Of a stretch of DNA of 64,000 nucleotides, positions 51,905-64,000 are shown one piece after another. The translations under genes were made by a program, and so were the position numbers. Where the stretch lies: assembly GCA_964234715.1 (NCBI GenBank), contig OZ174275.1; one strand, written 5' to 3'. The stretch comes from Podarcis melisellensis (taxonomy: Eukaryota). Each line of letters opens with the position of its first letter. The first letter of the stretch is position 1. A model generated the notes under the pieces. That model saw only the letters and a list, made by a program, of their open reading frames with translations. It searched no databases and was not told where the DNA came from.

Positions 51905-52080
51905 GTGGTATTTTCAAAATAGCATCCTGGTCAGATATAGTTAATGCTCATGCTGTTCCTGGGCCTGGAGTTGTTAAGGGATTGAAAGAAATAGGGCATC
52001 CTTTACAGAGAGGGTGTCTCTTGATCGGTGAGATGAGCTCAGAAGGGTCGCTGGCCACTGGTGACTATACAAAAGCTGTG
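51905..52080 (+). CDS. UMPS: UMPS exon 4 ([15 protein letters not shown]...EMSSEGSLA)
   Basis: ODC motifs; tcag/gtaagt. Confidence 0.97.
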
Positions 52081-52670
52081 GTAAGTTGGAGCGTTCATCT
52101 CAACAAAATGTCTTAAATGGTCTAGATCCCCCCCCCCCCACCATCTGGGAGGAAGGGGTAGATCTTTTGAAAAGCAGCATTTCTTGGATTTTAATGTGCT
52201 GCTATAAGTTTCTCCAGTTTGACATAGCCAGCAAAAATAATATTTGCTGGTGCTTTCTCTGGAATAGATCAGAATGGAAGTGTAGCAGCATAGTACTGCA
52301 GTGAAATTAATGTCTGAGGAAAAATAGTGGGAGTTTACACTGCTGAAAAATGAAAAACAAAGTTCTTGGGGGAGTGTGGGTAGGAATTGAGGGAAATGGG
52401 GTGAGACAAAGGAAGCAAGGAGGTTATGTTTGTGATTGGCATGCTCATTTGCTAATGAGATAATGGTATCCATTGTGAATGGAGGTAAGTGGATTGTATG
52501 ATGTTCTGATCAGTACAGTCTCTTGATTCTTTATCATGTTGTCTTGCTGTTGTTAAGGCTGCAAGTCTTTGTGTTTGCATAATAGCACCTTGTTTAGTAT
52601 GTGTTCCTCCATTTTAGAGCAAGAGTGTAAAGCATTTTCTAACTGCTCTTGTTTATTTGTTTTCCTTTAG

Positions 52671-52785
52671 GTTAAAATGGCTGAGGAACACTCAGATTTT
52701 ATTCTGGGATTTATTTCTGGCTCCAGAATTATTGACAAACCTGAATTTCTTCATCTGACTCCTGGTGTTCAGATGCTGGCTGGAG
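52671..52785 (+). CDS. UMPS: UMPS exon 5 ([15 protein letters not shown]...LTPGVQ)
   Basis: TPGV motif; ttag/gtaagc. Confidence 0.97.
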
Positions 52786-53815
52786 GTAAGCAATTCTGTG
52801 GCACTTTGATGGTACAAAATATTTATGAAAATACCAGAATAACTGAGATAATTCAGAGGTACGCTCGTAAATATTTCTGGTTTGTATGCTGGTGAGGGTG
52901 AGAAGGCAATCAAAGTCCCCAGTAGTTCCTGTTCAGATTATACCCTTCCCTGTCCTAACATTGAGATTGCCTTTGGATTTGTATGTCTGGTTCTGCATTC
53001 CCTAGCCTTGGGTGAGAGATCCCATCCAAATACTCAGAACTGTCCAATTCATGTACAGTACTACAGTGAGGGGAGTGGGGAAGATGATGAACAGATTTAG
53101 AGAGTTGTAATGTAGGAGTAAAACATACTAACTGCTCCACACTAGAAGCAGCCAAATAAGTACAGTATCATAAAATACAAAATACAAGTTCCCTAAATGT
53201 TCATAATGCTCTGCCCAGTATTTTCTTATTTCATTCACTGAAAACTGTAACTGGACATTAAGGTTACTGGAAATAATTTCCTACTTATCTGTGTTTGTAT
53301 GCAAGTTCAGAATTTGTAACATCAGACAAATTGCATCTCTCACATATGTTTCCATGTGTCAGTCACTTGGTTCTGATAATAGTACAGCAGGTTTCCACTT
53401 GCACAGTGGAACTCTCCCCTGTAGCCCTGAGCTACACTGTAGGGTGCTGGAGGTCCCTCCAGGGCAGATCTTAAGGGTCTGTTGGGAGAGGAATTGGAAG
53501 TCCTGTTGTATGAGTGGATCGCTGCACACATAGCCTTGGCTGCAAACCAGTCCCTGCTGTTTTGTATGCAAGCTTGCCATGCTTTAAATTATATGCAAAT
53601 ATCAAGGCATATTTGCCATGGATATGCCAGTGAGGCTTTATGTTTCATATTTAATCAGTGTTAATAACCCTTTAAGAAAACTGTTATTTTGTGCTATTTG
53701 GTTATTATTATTTGCTCTGATGTGCAGTACCTGATCTTGTTGATTATTTCATCTTGGTTAGATCCTTTTAGAGCATGCTTACTTCCTGTGCACACTTAAT
53801 AACATTTTAATAATA

Positions 53816-54041
53816 CAGTGGTACCTCGGTTTACAAACTTAATTTGTTCCGGAAGTCTGTTCTTAAACCAAAACCATTCTTAAACCGAGGCACGCTTTCC
53901 CCAATGAGGCCTCCTGCCGCCATGTGCCTTTCCACCGTTCAGATTCCATTCTTAGACGGAGGTAAAGTTCTCAAACCAAGACACTATTTCCAGTTTTGCA
54001 GAGTTTGTAAACCAAATTGTTCTTAAACCGAGGTACCAGTG
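53816..54041 (-). mobile_element. Tc1/mariner MITE, related subfamily, in UMPS intron 5
   Basis: TIR ca(g/c)tggtacctcggttta, TA flanks. Confidence 0.88.
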
Positions 54042-54179
54042 TATAAGGATAAATCTGTACCCAGTGTTAGAGTGGGGAACACTTTTTGGAGCTCACCAGC
54101 ATTCTTGAAACTCTTTTATGAAGGAAACTCCTGGAGAGCAAGCATAACATGGCATATTTGTGATTGTGATCCATTGCAG

Positions 54180-54361
54180 GTGATAATCTTGGGCAGAAGT
54201 ACCTCAGTCCTCAGGAAGTGATTGGTAAAAGAGGTTCGGATATCATCATTGTCGGCCGTGGTATCTTATCTGCGCCCAGTCGCCCAGATGAAGCAGAGAC
54301 TTATAGAAAAGCAGCATGGGAAAGCTACTTGCAGAGAATTGGTGTCAGTGCACAAAAATAG
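54180..54361 (+). CDS. UMPS: UMPS exon 6 (DNLGQKY...DIIIVGRGI...[19 protein letters not shown])
   Basis: ODC phosphate-binding VGRGI; TAG at 54359-54361. Confidence 0.97.
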
Positions 54362-54961
54362 CACAACTGCTGTGTTTCATTAAGCAAGCCAAATTCTAGA
54401 AGCAGGAAGGATTGAGAAGGTAACTCTTTGTTGTTATTTTGACTAATGTTGTTGTATGTTAAAATTTTGCTATAAAGTTATTTGAGAATCAGTACAGAAA
54501 TTATAAATTTTGATTCTGAATTCATACAGCTGTGTGTCGTCTGCCATCCCATTTTTAAAAACACTTTAAAGGAATTTTTTTTTAACTCCAGTGGTTTTGC
54601 AAACCACAGAGCCATAAAGATTGTGAGAAAAGAGGAAGCCGAGCAAATCCTGATCACATTGCATTTGCAGTTGTTTAAAGTTCTTAGTTGCTGTTCTCAG
54701 TTGTGTTAAAATGTAAGGACTGAGTGTGATAGGGCGCTAGGCCCTCTTCCACATAGTTTCTCCATCCAGCATTCGGTGCTTTAGATCATGATGTGAAATA
54801 TGTTTCAAAATATTGCTCAGGTGCAGGAATTGTGTGCCTTAGATATTAATATGCTTGTGGAGATGATGCATTCCATTAATGATCTGCTACCTCAAAGCAC
54901 ATTCAGGATCCTTGCTTCTCTAATAATTGCCTCACTGGTAAAATGTAGTGGTTGTCACAAC

Positions 54962-54967
54962 AATAAA
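54962..54967 (+). terminator. Candidate UMPS polyadenylation signal AATAAA
   Basis: First canonical AATAAA I find after the UMPS stop. Confidence 0.5.
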
Positions 54968-55290
54968 GTAAACTTCAAAAACACTATGTTTAAATGGTAG
55001 GAGAATGGGAAGGTCTTTTTGTACATTAAATACTCTGGATGATACCCAGTGACATGAATATCCTCTTCCTCCCCCTGAGCCCCCGCAAATCTGCCATGAA
55101 ATGTCCCGAACTCTCTGGAGTAGAGGAAGGGCAAGTTCCGCTGTGAGCAGAAGTATGTTCCACTTGCAGACAAGACAAAATTGGGTGTCAATATATGCTT
55201 TTGTAAATTTCAAGCCCTTCTAGTGAACATTTGCATTCTACAGATCTTGACTAAAAAAAAAAGAAATTTGTATCATTGTATAAAATTTAA

Positions 55291-55307
55291 GCCACCAGAG
55301 GGTGCTA
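55291..55307 (+). promoter_or_regulatory. CTCF-like motif
   Basis: GCCACCAGAGGGTGCTA versus consensus CCASYAGRKGGCRS (one C>T at the CpG). Confidence 0.6.
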
Positions 55308-55340
55308 TAACCCTTTGTGTTTTTCAAAAGTTTCTTTACT

Positions 55341-55579
55341 TAGGGTTGCCATGCATCCGGAATTTCCCAGACATATTTGGAATACCGCATTCGTCAGCAG
55401 TGTCTGGGCAGAAATCACCCAACTGGGAAAATCTGGACATATGGCAGCCCATGTCGGCAATGCCAATTTGGCCAATTTTTCCTTAAAATAGCTGCAAAAT
55501 GTCAATTTTTTTGCAATCTTGCCAGAAAAAGCACAACTTTTCTGTCCGGATTTTCACTGTTTGAAATATGGCAATGCTG
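55341..55579. mobile_element. Degenerate hAT-like MITE
   Basis: Ends tagggttgccat / atatggcaatgctg; internal ccgga repeats. Confidence 0.55.
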
Positions 55580-58500
55580 CTTTACATGGACTTGTTTATT
55601 ACTGCCAAGAACTAAGAAACTAAACCTATCTATTGTTTAGGACTTGGCAACCATTTTTGCTGGAATATAAATGTGAAAGCAACTGTCTGCTGTATGAAAT
55701 ATTTGTCATTTGTGCTGCTTTGGAACAAAATAGACAAATGCAGATGTACTGTTCTCCTAACCATCTTTAGGTTCATGTCGGCTCAGCACTACTCTTACCA
55801 TCTATTTGAGTTGCACCCCCTTTCTGCCATTGTCTGTGTATTCAGTGTAATATCTGTGTTGATATAAGACAGTTGATGGGTCTAGCCATACTTTTAACAT
55901 TTCCCTAGAGCAGTGGTAGACAGAGAGCATTTTTAAATGTGCCTGCATCACTCATATGGATTGGTGTGAGAAAACAGAGAAGAGAAAATAGATACTCCTG
56001 AAATGGAATAGTTGGAGATGATTGAGAGGGAAGTGTCCAAGGCTGTCCCAAGTATAAAGAACTGTTTAATTGAAGTAGTAGATATTTAACAGAAAAGAAC
56101 TGTGTTTTCACTTCAGTAAACAAAATAGGGGAGTTCTGTTTTGACAAAATGATAGTAGCTGGTTCTCCTTTGTTTTGTTGCACATACCTACTTTGTTCAG
56201 ATTGGACTTGTTGTTAGCATACATTACTATTTGTTTGTGCTTGGCCTTAATTGGCATGGTTTTGGAAGCAGCCAAGAGAACAATGCTTTTCATTCAGGCA
56301 CATCTCTGTAAAGAAATCTGTGCCCAAGGTTAATGTGCCCTATAATCTCTAATTTTACATTCTCTGGCTTCCTTCCATATGTTAGCAACATGAGAACTAG
56401 GTCACAATTTGTTTGTGTGTGTGTTTTTTTAAAAAAACCCTCATTTGCATTATATACCATAGGCATTCCTAGCTGTGGCAGTAAATGAATTACAGGGAGA
56501 CAGGCGCTGGATGTGCTAAGCTCTGCTAGTTTATAAAACAACTCGAATTTCTTAATTGTATCTTTTTTGTAAAATAAGTGGGGGGTTTTTAAGTGGCTAG
56601 ATTTGACTTTTATACATTTAAGCTGATGCAGTCTTTGGCGTTGTGGTCATCAGGTGATATTTCTTGTTAGACTGGTTGCTTGGCAAACGTCTGTGCCAAG
56701 GAAATGCAGTAGCTTAATGATGGCAAAAATATTCATTCTGCAGTTATTTACTAGCTTGTGGTACTTGTTGAAGAACCAAATCCATCAGAGATTGTTACTT
56801 CATTCAATACAGTACTAGGCACTGAGCCAACTACACCAATAACAGTGATTCTCCATAACTGGCTGTTATTGAAATGCTCATTACAGATTATTATAGGAAT
56901 GACACAAACACTTGATAGCCATTTAAATTCTGTAGTTCTGTCCCATTCTCTGTTGAAGTGTTCAACGGCCATTTCATTCAGAAGGTGTAAGTGGCATGAG
57001 GTGCTTTGCAGTACCTAATTGTTGTTGTCTTCAAGTTTCCACCCCACCTTTAATTTGGCTGCTTTACACTTTCATTTTGAGATGAAGCTGGAGCCAGTTT
57101 ATTTTAACAGTGAAGGGCAATTTCAGCCTTTTGTAACGTGGCCCTTTATCACTGTAAATCTGTTATATGCAACCTTTCTTTGCTATTAGCCAAACAGTGC
57201 TTTTCCACTATGTCCAGCCACTATGACTTGTAAGAGACAACTTTATTTGTGTGAGTGAATTAGTTAATGTGGTTAAGATGGAAAGTTAATAAGTTCTAGT
57301 GTGTCAGGTAATTGTACAACTCTTCTCATTCCTCCATCAATCCTAGATTTGATTGATGAGTGTTCTATTTTTACATGCCATGGGCTGTTCTCTTCTTATT
57401 GGTTATGTTGCCATTATAAAGCCTTTAGAGGCCTTGAGGGAAAGGTGGCGTATAAAAATATTAAATAAACACAGTTTGATGCTGGGTAGCAGATAGTAAT
57501 TGTGTTCATTGTAGCAAGCTTAAACAGCCTGTTGGTCTATGTCTGCACCTACTGCTTCAGCAGGAAATGAAAATAACTTGGTTTTCTCCTGGCAAATGCA
57601 TTTTGTGACCTGTAAGGGTCAGAATGAGAGAATCAGTGGTAGCTTGGCTAGCCTTTTATTTAATTTATGTTGCCTTCTGCACTGAGGCTGTGATACAATA
57701 GTCTCTTAAGTTACCATAAGAAATAGATATACTCTAATTCTCAAGAATATTAGTTTCTTTCTTTTTTTAAATTGGAGGTTTGTTTTGCAGGCTCAACTAA
57801 TGGATAAAGAAATGCTTCCAGGCATTAGGCTACACAATTAGAGATAAGTTGTAGCCTTAAATTCATACTTGATGTATCTACACTGCACATGTAGGTGTTG
57901 GGAGTGATAGTTTAACTGGGAAGTTTAAGAAACTGTCATTAAAGTCCTAACAAAATTCAGTTTGCAGCTGCCTGCTATTTTGAAACTGGACAATGTTTGC
58001 AGTAATATTGTATGTACAAGGGAAGTGTATAGACCCTTATTTTTTATAATTGCAGAGTCACGAAATGTTTTGAGCACTCTTCTTTTCCCCAGTCATTGCA
58101 AGAACTTGAAGCAGCACTTCATTAAAATCATATTTGGGTTTGTGATAATGGTCTTTGTGTGCTTAAGACCTTTCATACGTGTCATATTAAACCTGAGCTG
58201 CTGCTGTGATGCTATGGTCATTACTTGGTGGTGTAGGTGCAAGTGGCTACCCCATGTGCTTTGCAGTTGTCATTTTGCTACATGTCGACTGAGTGGAATA
58301 ATATGAAATTTCTCCCTTCCTGGGCTGCAGTGATCCCACCACTCACTCGATTTTGCTTTTCAGCCCATCCAATTGTTTGCCTGCTGCCACACCTCTTCAT
58401 TACAGATTATTGAACAGTTTACCTAGCAACTTTGCCTCTTGGACAAGGTGACGCAGCATTAAGGCTGATTTCTTCACGAAGAGGAAATGCAATGTCACTG

Positions 58501-58612
58501 CCAACAAACAGTAAGGTTTATAAAACAAAAGTACTTTATATGCTGCTTCTCTGTAACTAGGCATTTAGAATCCTGATCTTAATACATTTAACACTGTGCT
58601 TCTTTAAAGATC

Positions 58613-59657
58613 TTTATTGTTCAGTGTTAAAGTAGATTAGGTTAAACCTAACGTGTCATATAGTGAGAACTAGTGAGCAGCCTTTAGAGGACCTCTAGTT
58701 GTCTCCTTTGCCAGCATGCAAAACTGGTGACATTGAACAGAAACAGAGTTTACGTATCTTACGTTTTGTGGTTAGTTGAATTATGCAAATATTACAGTGT
58801 CCACACTTGGGTTTATTTCATTTTCACCAGGGGTCACGTAGTGAGTAAATAGGGGCTGATAAATTCAGGTTAAAAAGATCAACAACCAGATGCTAAGCAT
58901 GTGTAGTAAAGTTGAGTGGGAATTAATTCTAAATAAGCATGCTTGGAGTCAAAACATTTCCAGCTACTTAAAAAGCTACTGTGACTGTTGCAATGTGGAA
59001 TTTCAGATAACTGAGCAGTTTGTAAGTGTACAGTGTAAAACTGATGGGCTGAACAAGCAGTCTTCATTGTTTATAGTAATTTAAATTCTGATAAAAAGTC
59101 CTTAAATATAGTGCAACACTTCTTTCATAAAAAAACTTGATCATGGAAGCAAAGGATACTCATAGCACATATTTGCAATTGCTTTTATTTTTTTAATATA
59201 AAAATTTATTCTAAAAACTGTTTAACACCTGGATTTTTTTTTTTAAAAAAACAATGCTTCCACCACCTTCTCCAGTGCTAGTTTTTCTCCCCTAAAAACC
59301 AGCAGTGACACAATACCCCTATGAAATGGACCTGCATGTTTTTTTCCTACCAAGATATGGCTGAAGCTGCTATATGGCACGTTGTTCAATAGGTTGGCGC
59401 TTCCGAGGCATCAAGAGCTCCAGGTCAGTGACAACACATTCTGAGCACATCAGCAGGGCTTGGGTTAGAGATCTGCAGAGCACATGGGCTGCTACCCATT
59501 TGTCCTCAATGTGCAATAGAAGCCATCTCCTGACATTCAAGTCAATGTTTAGAATACTGTCCCACTGTAGAGGATTCAGTCTTCCTTTTTGGGAAGCGGT
59601 GAGGAAGCCAAGCAATTGTCAAGCATTCCACTCTCTCTTCCACCTTCAAGCATAGTG
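58613..59657 (-). other. ITGB5: Putative ITGB5 3' UTR with tandem polyA signals
   Basis: Minus-strand AATAAA at 59205-59210, 59184-59189, 58812-58817 and 58613-58618. Confidence 0.55.
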
Positions 59658-59753
59658 TCAATCAACTGTACCATTATAGGTCCTGTTAAGCTTGTTGAAT
59701 GTGAAATCTAAGCTATGGGTGGAAATAGGTTTTCGGTAAAGAGGGTTTGAAGC
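59658..59753 (-). CDS. ITGB5: Integrin beta-5 last coding exon ([31 protein letters not shown])
   Basis: NPLY and NxxY (NRTY) motifs with the beta-5-type long spacer; tttgtag acceptor; TGA. Confidence 0.97.
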   Translation of the reverse strand, partial: ASNPLYRKPISTHSLDFTFNKLNRTYNGTVD

Positions 59754-59804
59754 CTACAAAAAAGAAAAAAAGGAAGTGATATAAACAGTGTATTTACAGG
59801 GAGA

Positions 59805-59936
59805 CAGTGGCGTAGTGCGGGTTGTCAGCACCCAGGGCAAGGCAAGTAATTTGCGCCCCTTAACCCGTGGATTTGCGCACCCTAACCCCCAGATGTTGCG
59901 CCCGGTGCGGCCGGCACCCCCCACGCTACGCCACTG
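59805..59936 (-). mobile_element. Second copy of the same hAT MITE family
   Basis: TIR cagtggcgtag; perfect 8-bp TSD cagggaga; reverse-complement match to 26508-26654. Confidence 0.93.
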
Positions 59937-60774
59937 CAGGGAGATTAAACTCTGGACATGAAAACCAAATACAAGTTCTGCTAAAATCTCCATTGTTTCC
60001 CCCTCCCCTTAAAGTTATTTTGCTATTCTTTCCCCCTGCACTCCTAAAGTCTGTAATAGTGTTGTGTAAGGCCTATGACAGCCAGACTGCAATAGAGGCG
60101 TCACCTAGTGGTATATCGCTGGTGAAACCACTGACACTCCTGAGTCCCTCTGCCATGGGGGTGGGGGAGAGACCAGCTGGTTCGTCGCTTCAGGAGTGAC
60201 TGACTAGAAGAGCCCTCCAGTGTGAAGGTGGAGGCAGCCCCCCTCCCCAAACTGAGCGAGCCCTGATGCCTCACTTGCTCGGGGAGGGGGGGCTGCCTCT
60301 CCTCACCTGAGCAGCTCAAGGAAGCCACACTGTCTTTCCAAGCAGGCAGGCGGCAGCCAAGCGCATGGAGCCTGAGAAGCACCTTCTCAAGCTCCCTGCA
60401 TCTGTCTGCCTTGTGTCTTCTTCCGCTGGGGTCGGCTGTTTGTTTCTTCATGGCGTGACCAACTGACCCAAGAGCAAAGCCACAGCCTGCCTTCCTGGGC
60501 AAAGGCAATTTGAGCTGCCAGTACATTGCAGCTCTTCAGCTGCCGCCAACACAGCCACTGCACATGTTTGCGTCCCTCCACCCGAGCCACCTCTGCCTCC
60601 CTGCACACCATTCTGGTCTCAAGCAGCCTCCATGAATCCTTCCCTGAACAGAGTAAAACGAGACTTTCCCTTCCTGCTCTGTAGTCCTCAGCACACATTT
60701 GCACTCCCACCCCTATGCACTGAGCTCTTTCCAGCTCTTTCCTGCCCCCCCCCCCCAATGAAGTGAATGCTTAC

Positions 60775-60941
60775 CATTTCATATCTTGCCCGGGAACGCT
60801 CACTTTGGAATCTGGCAAATTCCCGCCTGTCATGAATAGTGACCAGCAGCTTCCAAATTGCCAAGAGGACAATCCCCAGGAGCACAATGCTGCCTACCAC
60901 AGCCAGTAAGATCATCATGGCATCAGGGGCAGTGCTACACT
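60775..60941 (-). CDS. ITGB5: Integrin beta-5 transmembrane / membrane-proximal exon (...[28 protein letters not shown])
   Basis: Integrin beta HDRRE motif; ccag/gtaagc on minus strand. Confidence 0.98.
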
Positions 60942-62590
60942 CTGGCAAGGAAAAGAAAGGGACCCCGTTGATCATCATTGATAAGGACACTATCTAAATC
61001 CAGTGTAAACATCAGAACTTGCCTTTTCAAGTACAGTTATTTATCAAGCCTGAAAGGTTCAGAACCAACAGCAGAATTTATGATGCAGTATTTCAGAGAC
61101 AACAGGTAACTATTAACATATGATCAGCTCTGCTAATTCATTTGCAGCATATATATTGTTGCAGCAGCTGAGTTTTTATATATCCCCAATCCAGCAAGTG
61201 GCTACTTCTGTGCACATATAAGGTCACTGGATGGGGAATTTCACATGTCTTTTTGCTTGCTGCATGCATTTTTAAGAATGGGTGGGGAACCTCAGCCTGG
61301 GCTCTTCCCAAGTTTCACCCTTTCCTCAGCCACACTCTTCCCAGGCCGCATTCTATTTCACACGCTCCTTGAGCGTGTTTGCCTGGCTCAGAATGTGTCC
61401 TTGAACTCTGATAATGCCTCTTGCTTGTCTAGGTGGAAGCTAGAGAGGGTAATGCGGGTGCGTATACAAACTGGCCTACTTACATAGATAAAATTTACAT
61501 CCATTGCTCTGCCCCGTCCACCACTGGCATGCAGCCCCAAAGTCGCCTAGAAAAGAATGCCATCTGAAAATGATACCCCACCCACCTCAAGCTCACAGCT
61601 CAGCTAATTCGACAGGAGACCAAGGCCAGGGCAGCAACTGCATTCAATTCCCTAAAGCTAAGGTAGGGCACAATACTGCCTAACTTTTCAACTACAAAAA
61701 GTATTAATTTTTTCAAATTTTAAATCCAATATTGGACTCTTTCCCCGAAGTCTGGAGCTGTTTAGATCAGGAGCTTTAGATTATCATGCTATACCATTGC
61801 TTATCTAGATTCTTTTTTACTTTGGTCATAGTTAGCCTTAAAAATAAGGGTGGGGATTTGGGTCTAGCCAATAAGCTCCAATTGGCTCGGATGTTTCTTC
61901 TGGCAAGTATGCTTGTAACACTGAGGTAAGTTGACTTCATCATCCCATCACACAAGGTCCTTCTGATGTGCTCCAGATGTGCCTGGCACTGGTTACTGAC
62001 CATCAAGCTTCATCCCCTCTCACTAGTATTCTGTGGACCACTCCCTATGTGAATCTGTTCTTCTGGCTTAACCTACAAACAGTTTTTCCCCCCATAGTGA
62101 AAATGAATTAGTGGTCAGAGCAATCCAAACCCCTCTTGTGCTCAGCTGTCTCCTCCCAGCTAAGCTGGACTCTTGTAGGCTGCCTTCAACAGAGCAATGC
62201 AGAACTGCCCCTTTGAAATATACAGACACAAGGGAGTTCTATGGGCAGCCAGTGAAAGGTCTCAAAACACGGTATATGGGGGGCAGGAGGCTGAGCTAGC
62301 CTAGGATCCCTCAGCATCAGGCTCAATCACTGCACCATCTCCAGGCTGGTGCAGCAATTTAAACCCTCACTTTCAGCCCTGGCTGTGGAAGTGGCCCCAC
62401 AAAACTGCTCGTGTGTTTTCTGCACATCTGAAAAGGGAAAGTATCTAGGGACAATATCCAAACTCTTGTACCCTTAGTGGTGTTAAAGGAAGCAAAATAT
62501 TCTAAGGGATGCTCCAGTCAAGTCCACAACCAAACTTTTTTGCCTTGGTGGTATGGACAAACAGCACAAAGCATATACGATATAACAAAC

Positions 62591-62707
62591 CTGGTTCCTT
62601 GAGAACAGTGATGTTTGTCTTTCCACTGGTGAGTTCCGTGTAGGTGAACTTCATCACACAGTCCTTCACTGGGTAAGCACACAAGACTGAATGAGGGTCA
62701 TCAGTTT
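62591..62707 (-). CDS. ITGB5: Integrin beta-5 beta-tail-domain exon ([22 protein letters not shown]...VLKEP)
   Basis: C-x-DC-x3-FTY beta-tail pattern; ccag/gtttgt; phase matches next exon. Confidence 0.93.
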
Positions 62708-64000
62708 CTGGAATAAAATGTAACACAATCCTATTTATAACACAAAGATTTAAAACCTTAGCATATTGTGGCATATGTTGAAAAGCATTTTAACCTATAA
62801 CATATCCCCAGCATTAGATGCTCCCTTTGTTTTGCTGGGCATTTGTTCAGCGCATCAAAACACATGTTTGAATTACCATTATTTTGACCCTAGAAATGGA
62901 AGAATATGTTGAGATTCTAAGTCTCTTGGGTCTCTGGATTCCTTTCAATATGACGGCCTTCCTGTTGGTACATATGGAGCAAATTAGGAAACCATTCAAA
63001 TGTCTAAAATTGTTGAAACCATTAACATAGTGAGTAGGTGAAAGATTGACTCGGCTGCATGCCTAAACATTTTGAAAGCTATGGATAAACACAACTCCAA
63101 GATTGCAAAGGAGATGTTGGTATGGCCCTGCCCTCCTTAAAGAGGAATTTCTATGTGTCTCTGAAAGAAGGCCAAACAAAACTGAAACTTGGAAGGCTTT
63201 CTTTGGAAGAGGAAGTTTCATTTCCTTATGCCAATCTCCATGGAGGAAGTAATTGTCTGGAAATAAGCTTAATTTTGCAATCCAGTTGGGGCACAGGGAG
63301 TAGCGGGGAGATGGAGATTAAAATATTCAACAGTGATAGGGTCAATGTTGTGCATTACAGAAAAACATGTTGTGATAGATACGCTGCATAGGGTCAAGTG
63401 AAGGCATTAAACTGAATAGTTATGTGGCCAGAGATCTGGGGGCAGGTCAGAAAATTGCATCCTCAGGCAGGTCTCATTGGCAAATCTCTCACTTTTGCCC
63501 ATATGGGTTTGCAGTTTTTAAACACTACTTTGTCCCCTTGGGGAATAAGCAATCAAGTTTCTAATGGGAGTGCTTAGAAAAAACAAACCCACACTATGTA
63601 TGTATGTATGTATGTACGTACGTACGTACTTTGTGACTACCAGCAATATAATGACACTATACAAAAAGTATTTGAAACATAGTTGAGCGATGCCATAGCT
63701 TAACAAAATTATAGCAGGAAGTAAAAAATAATACTCAGTAGCCTAGGCCAAAAGCCTGACAATAAAGTTTTGTTTCCACCACACAGCAAAACACCAAGGC
63801 CCCTCAGACTTAGGAGTGTCAAAGCCTGGGTGTGAAAACAAGGATATCCCATTCACCCAGCAACTGCATGTTTCCATTGGTGGATCTGAATGGGTGAGGC
63901 AGGATTGTATGGGAGGATTGGCCCTTCAGGTATCCTTGAGCAGGTTACTTTCCATCTGCCTGTGGCTCCTTCTCCCATGTTAAGAATCTGATATCTTCCC

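Larger units (their letters stand above)
48892..54361 (+). other. UMPS: Uridine monophosphate synthetase gene (bifunctional OPRT + OMP decarboxylase), complete, 6 coding exons, 476 aa
   Basis: join(48892..49026,50075..50228,50815..51483,51905..52080,52671..52785,54180..54361) = 1431 nt, open; PRPP loop [11 protein letters not shown]; ODC motif [12 protein letters not shown]. Confidence 0.98.

Noticed and set aside
60101-60758. Long minus-strand ORFs in the last ITGB5 intron as alternative cytoplasmic tails
   Set aside because: GC-rich intron with no strong splice signals or tail motifs; read-through from the TM exon stops at 60688
1-64000. A novel multi-gene system, endogenous virus or horizontally acquired gene
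   Set aside because: All convincing coding sequence is explained by KALRN, UMPS, ITGB5 and one transposase relic, in the same order and orientation as in mammals

Overview
This is vertebrate (squamate, most likely lacertid lizard) genomic DNA covering the syntenic block KALRN(+) > UMPS(+) > < ITGB5(-). It holds the last 24 coding exons of kalirin (GEF2 DH-PH, SH3, Ig, FN3 and kinase; 1131 aa in the window, phase-continuous, all GT-AG). It also holds the complete 6-exon UMP synthase gene (476 aa) with a CpG-island promoter, and the last 3 coding exons of integrin beta-5 on the minus strand. Introns carry squamate repeats: a Sauria SINE with a 16-bp TSD nested in a decayed Charlie/Buster hAT, several hAT and Tc1/mariner-type MITEs, a tRNA-Lys/CR1-tail SINE and a BovB tail. 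I see no novel multi-gene system; most ORFs in the track are intronic noise. The best leads are at the RNA-processing level: (1) an intronic alternative 3' end of KALRN after the second SH3; (2) a candidate 6-nt neural microexon and a candidate poison exon; (3) a near-identical inverted-repeat pair bracketing the KALRN last exon and UMPS exon 1, where a KALRN-UMPS read-through splice would be in frame; (4) young CpG-rich hAT MITEs carrying TTAGGG; (5) CTCF-like motifs between UMPS and ITGB5.
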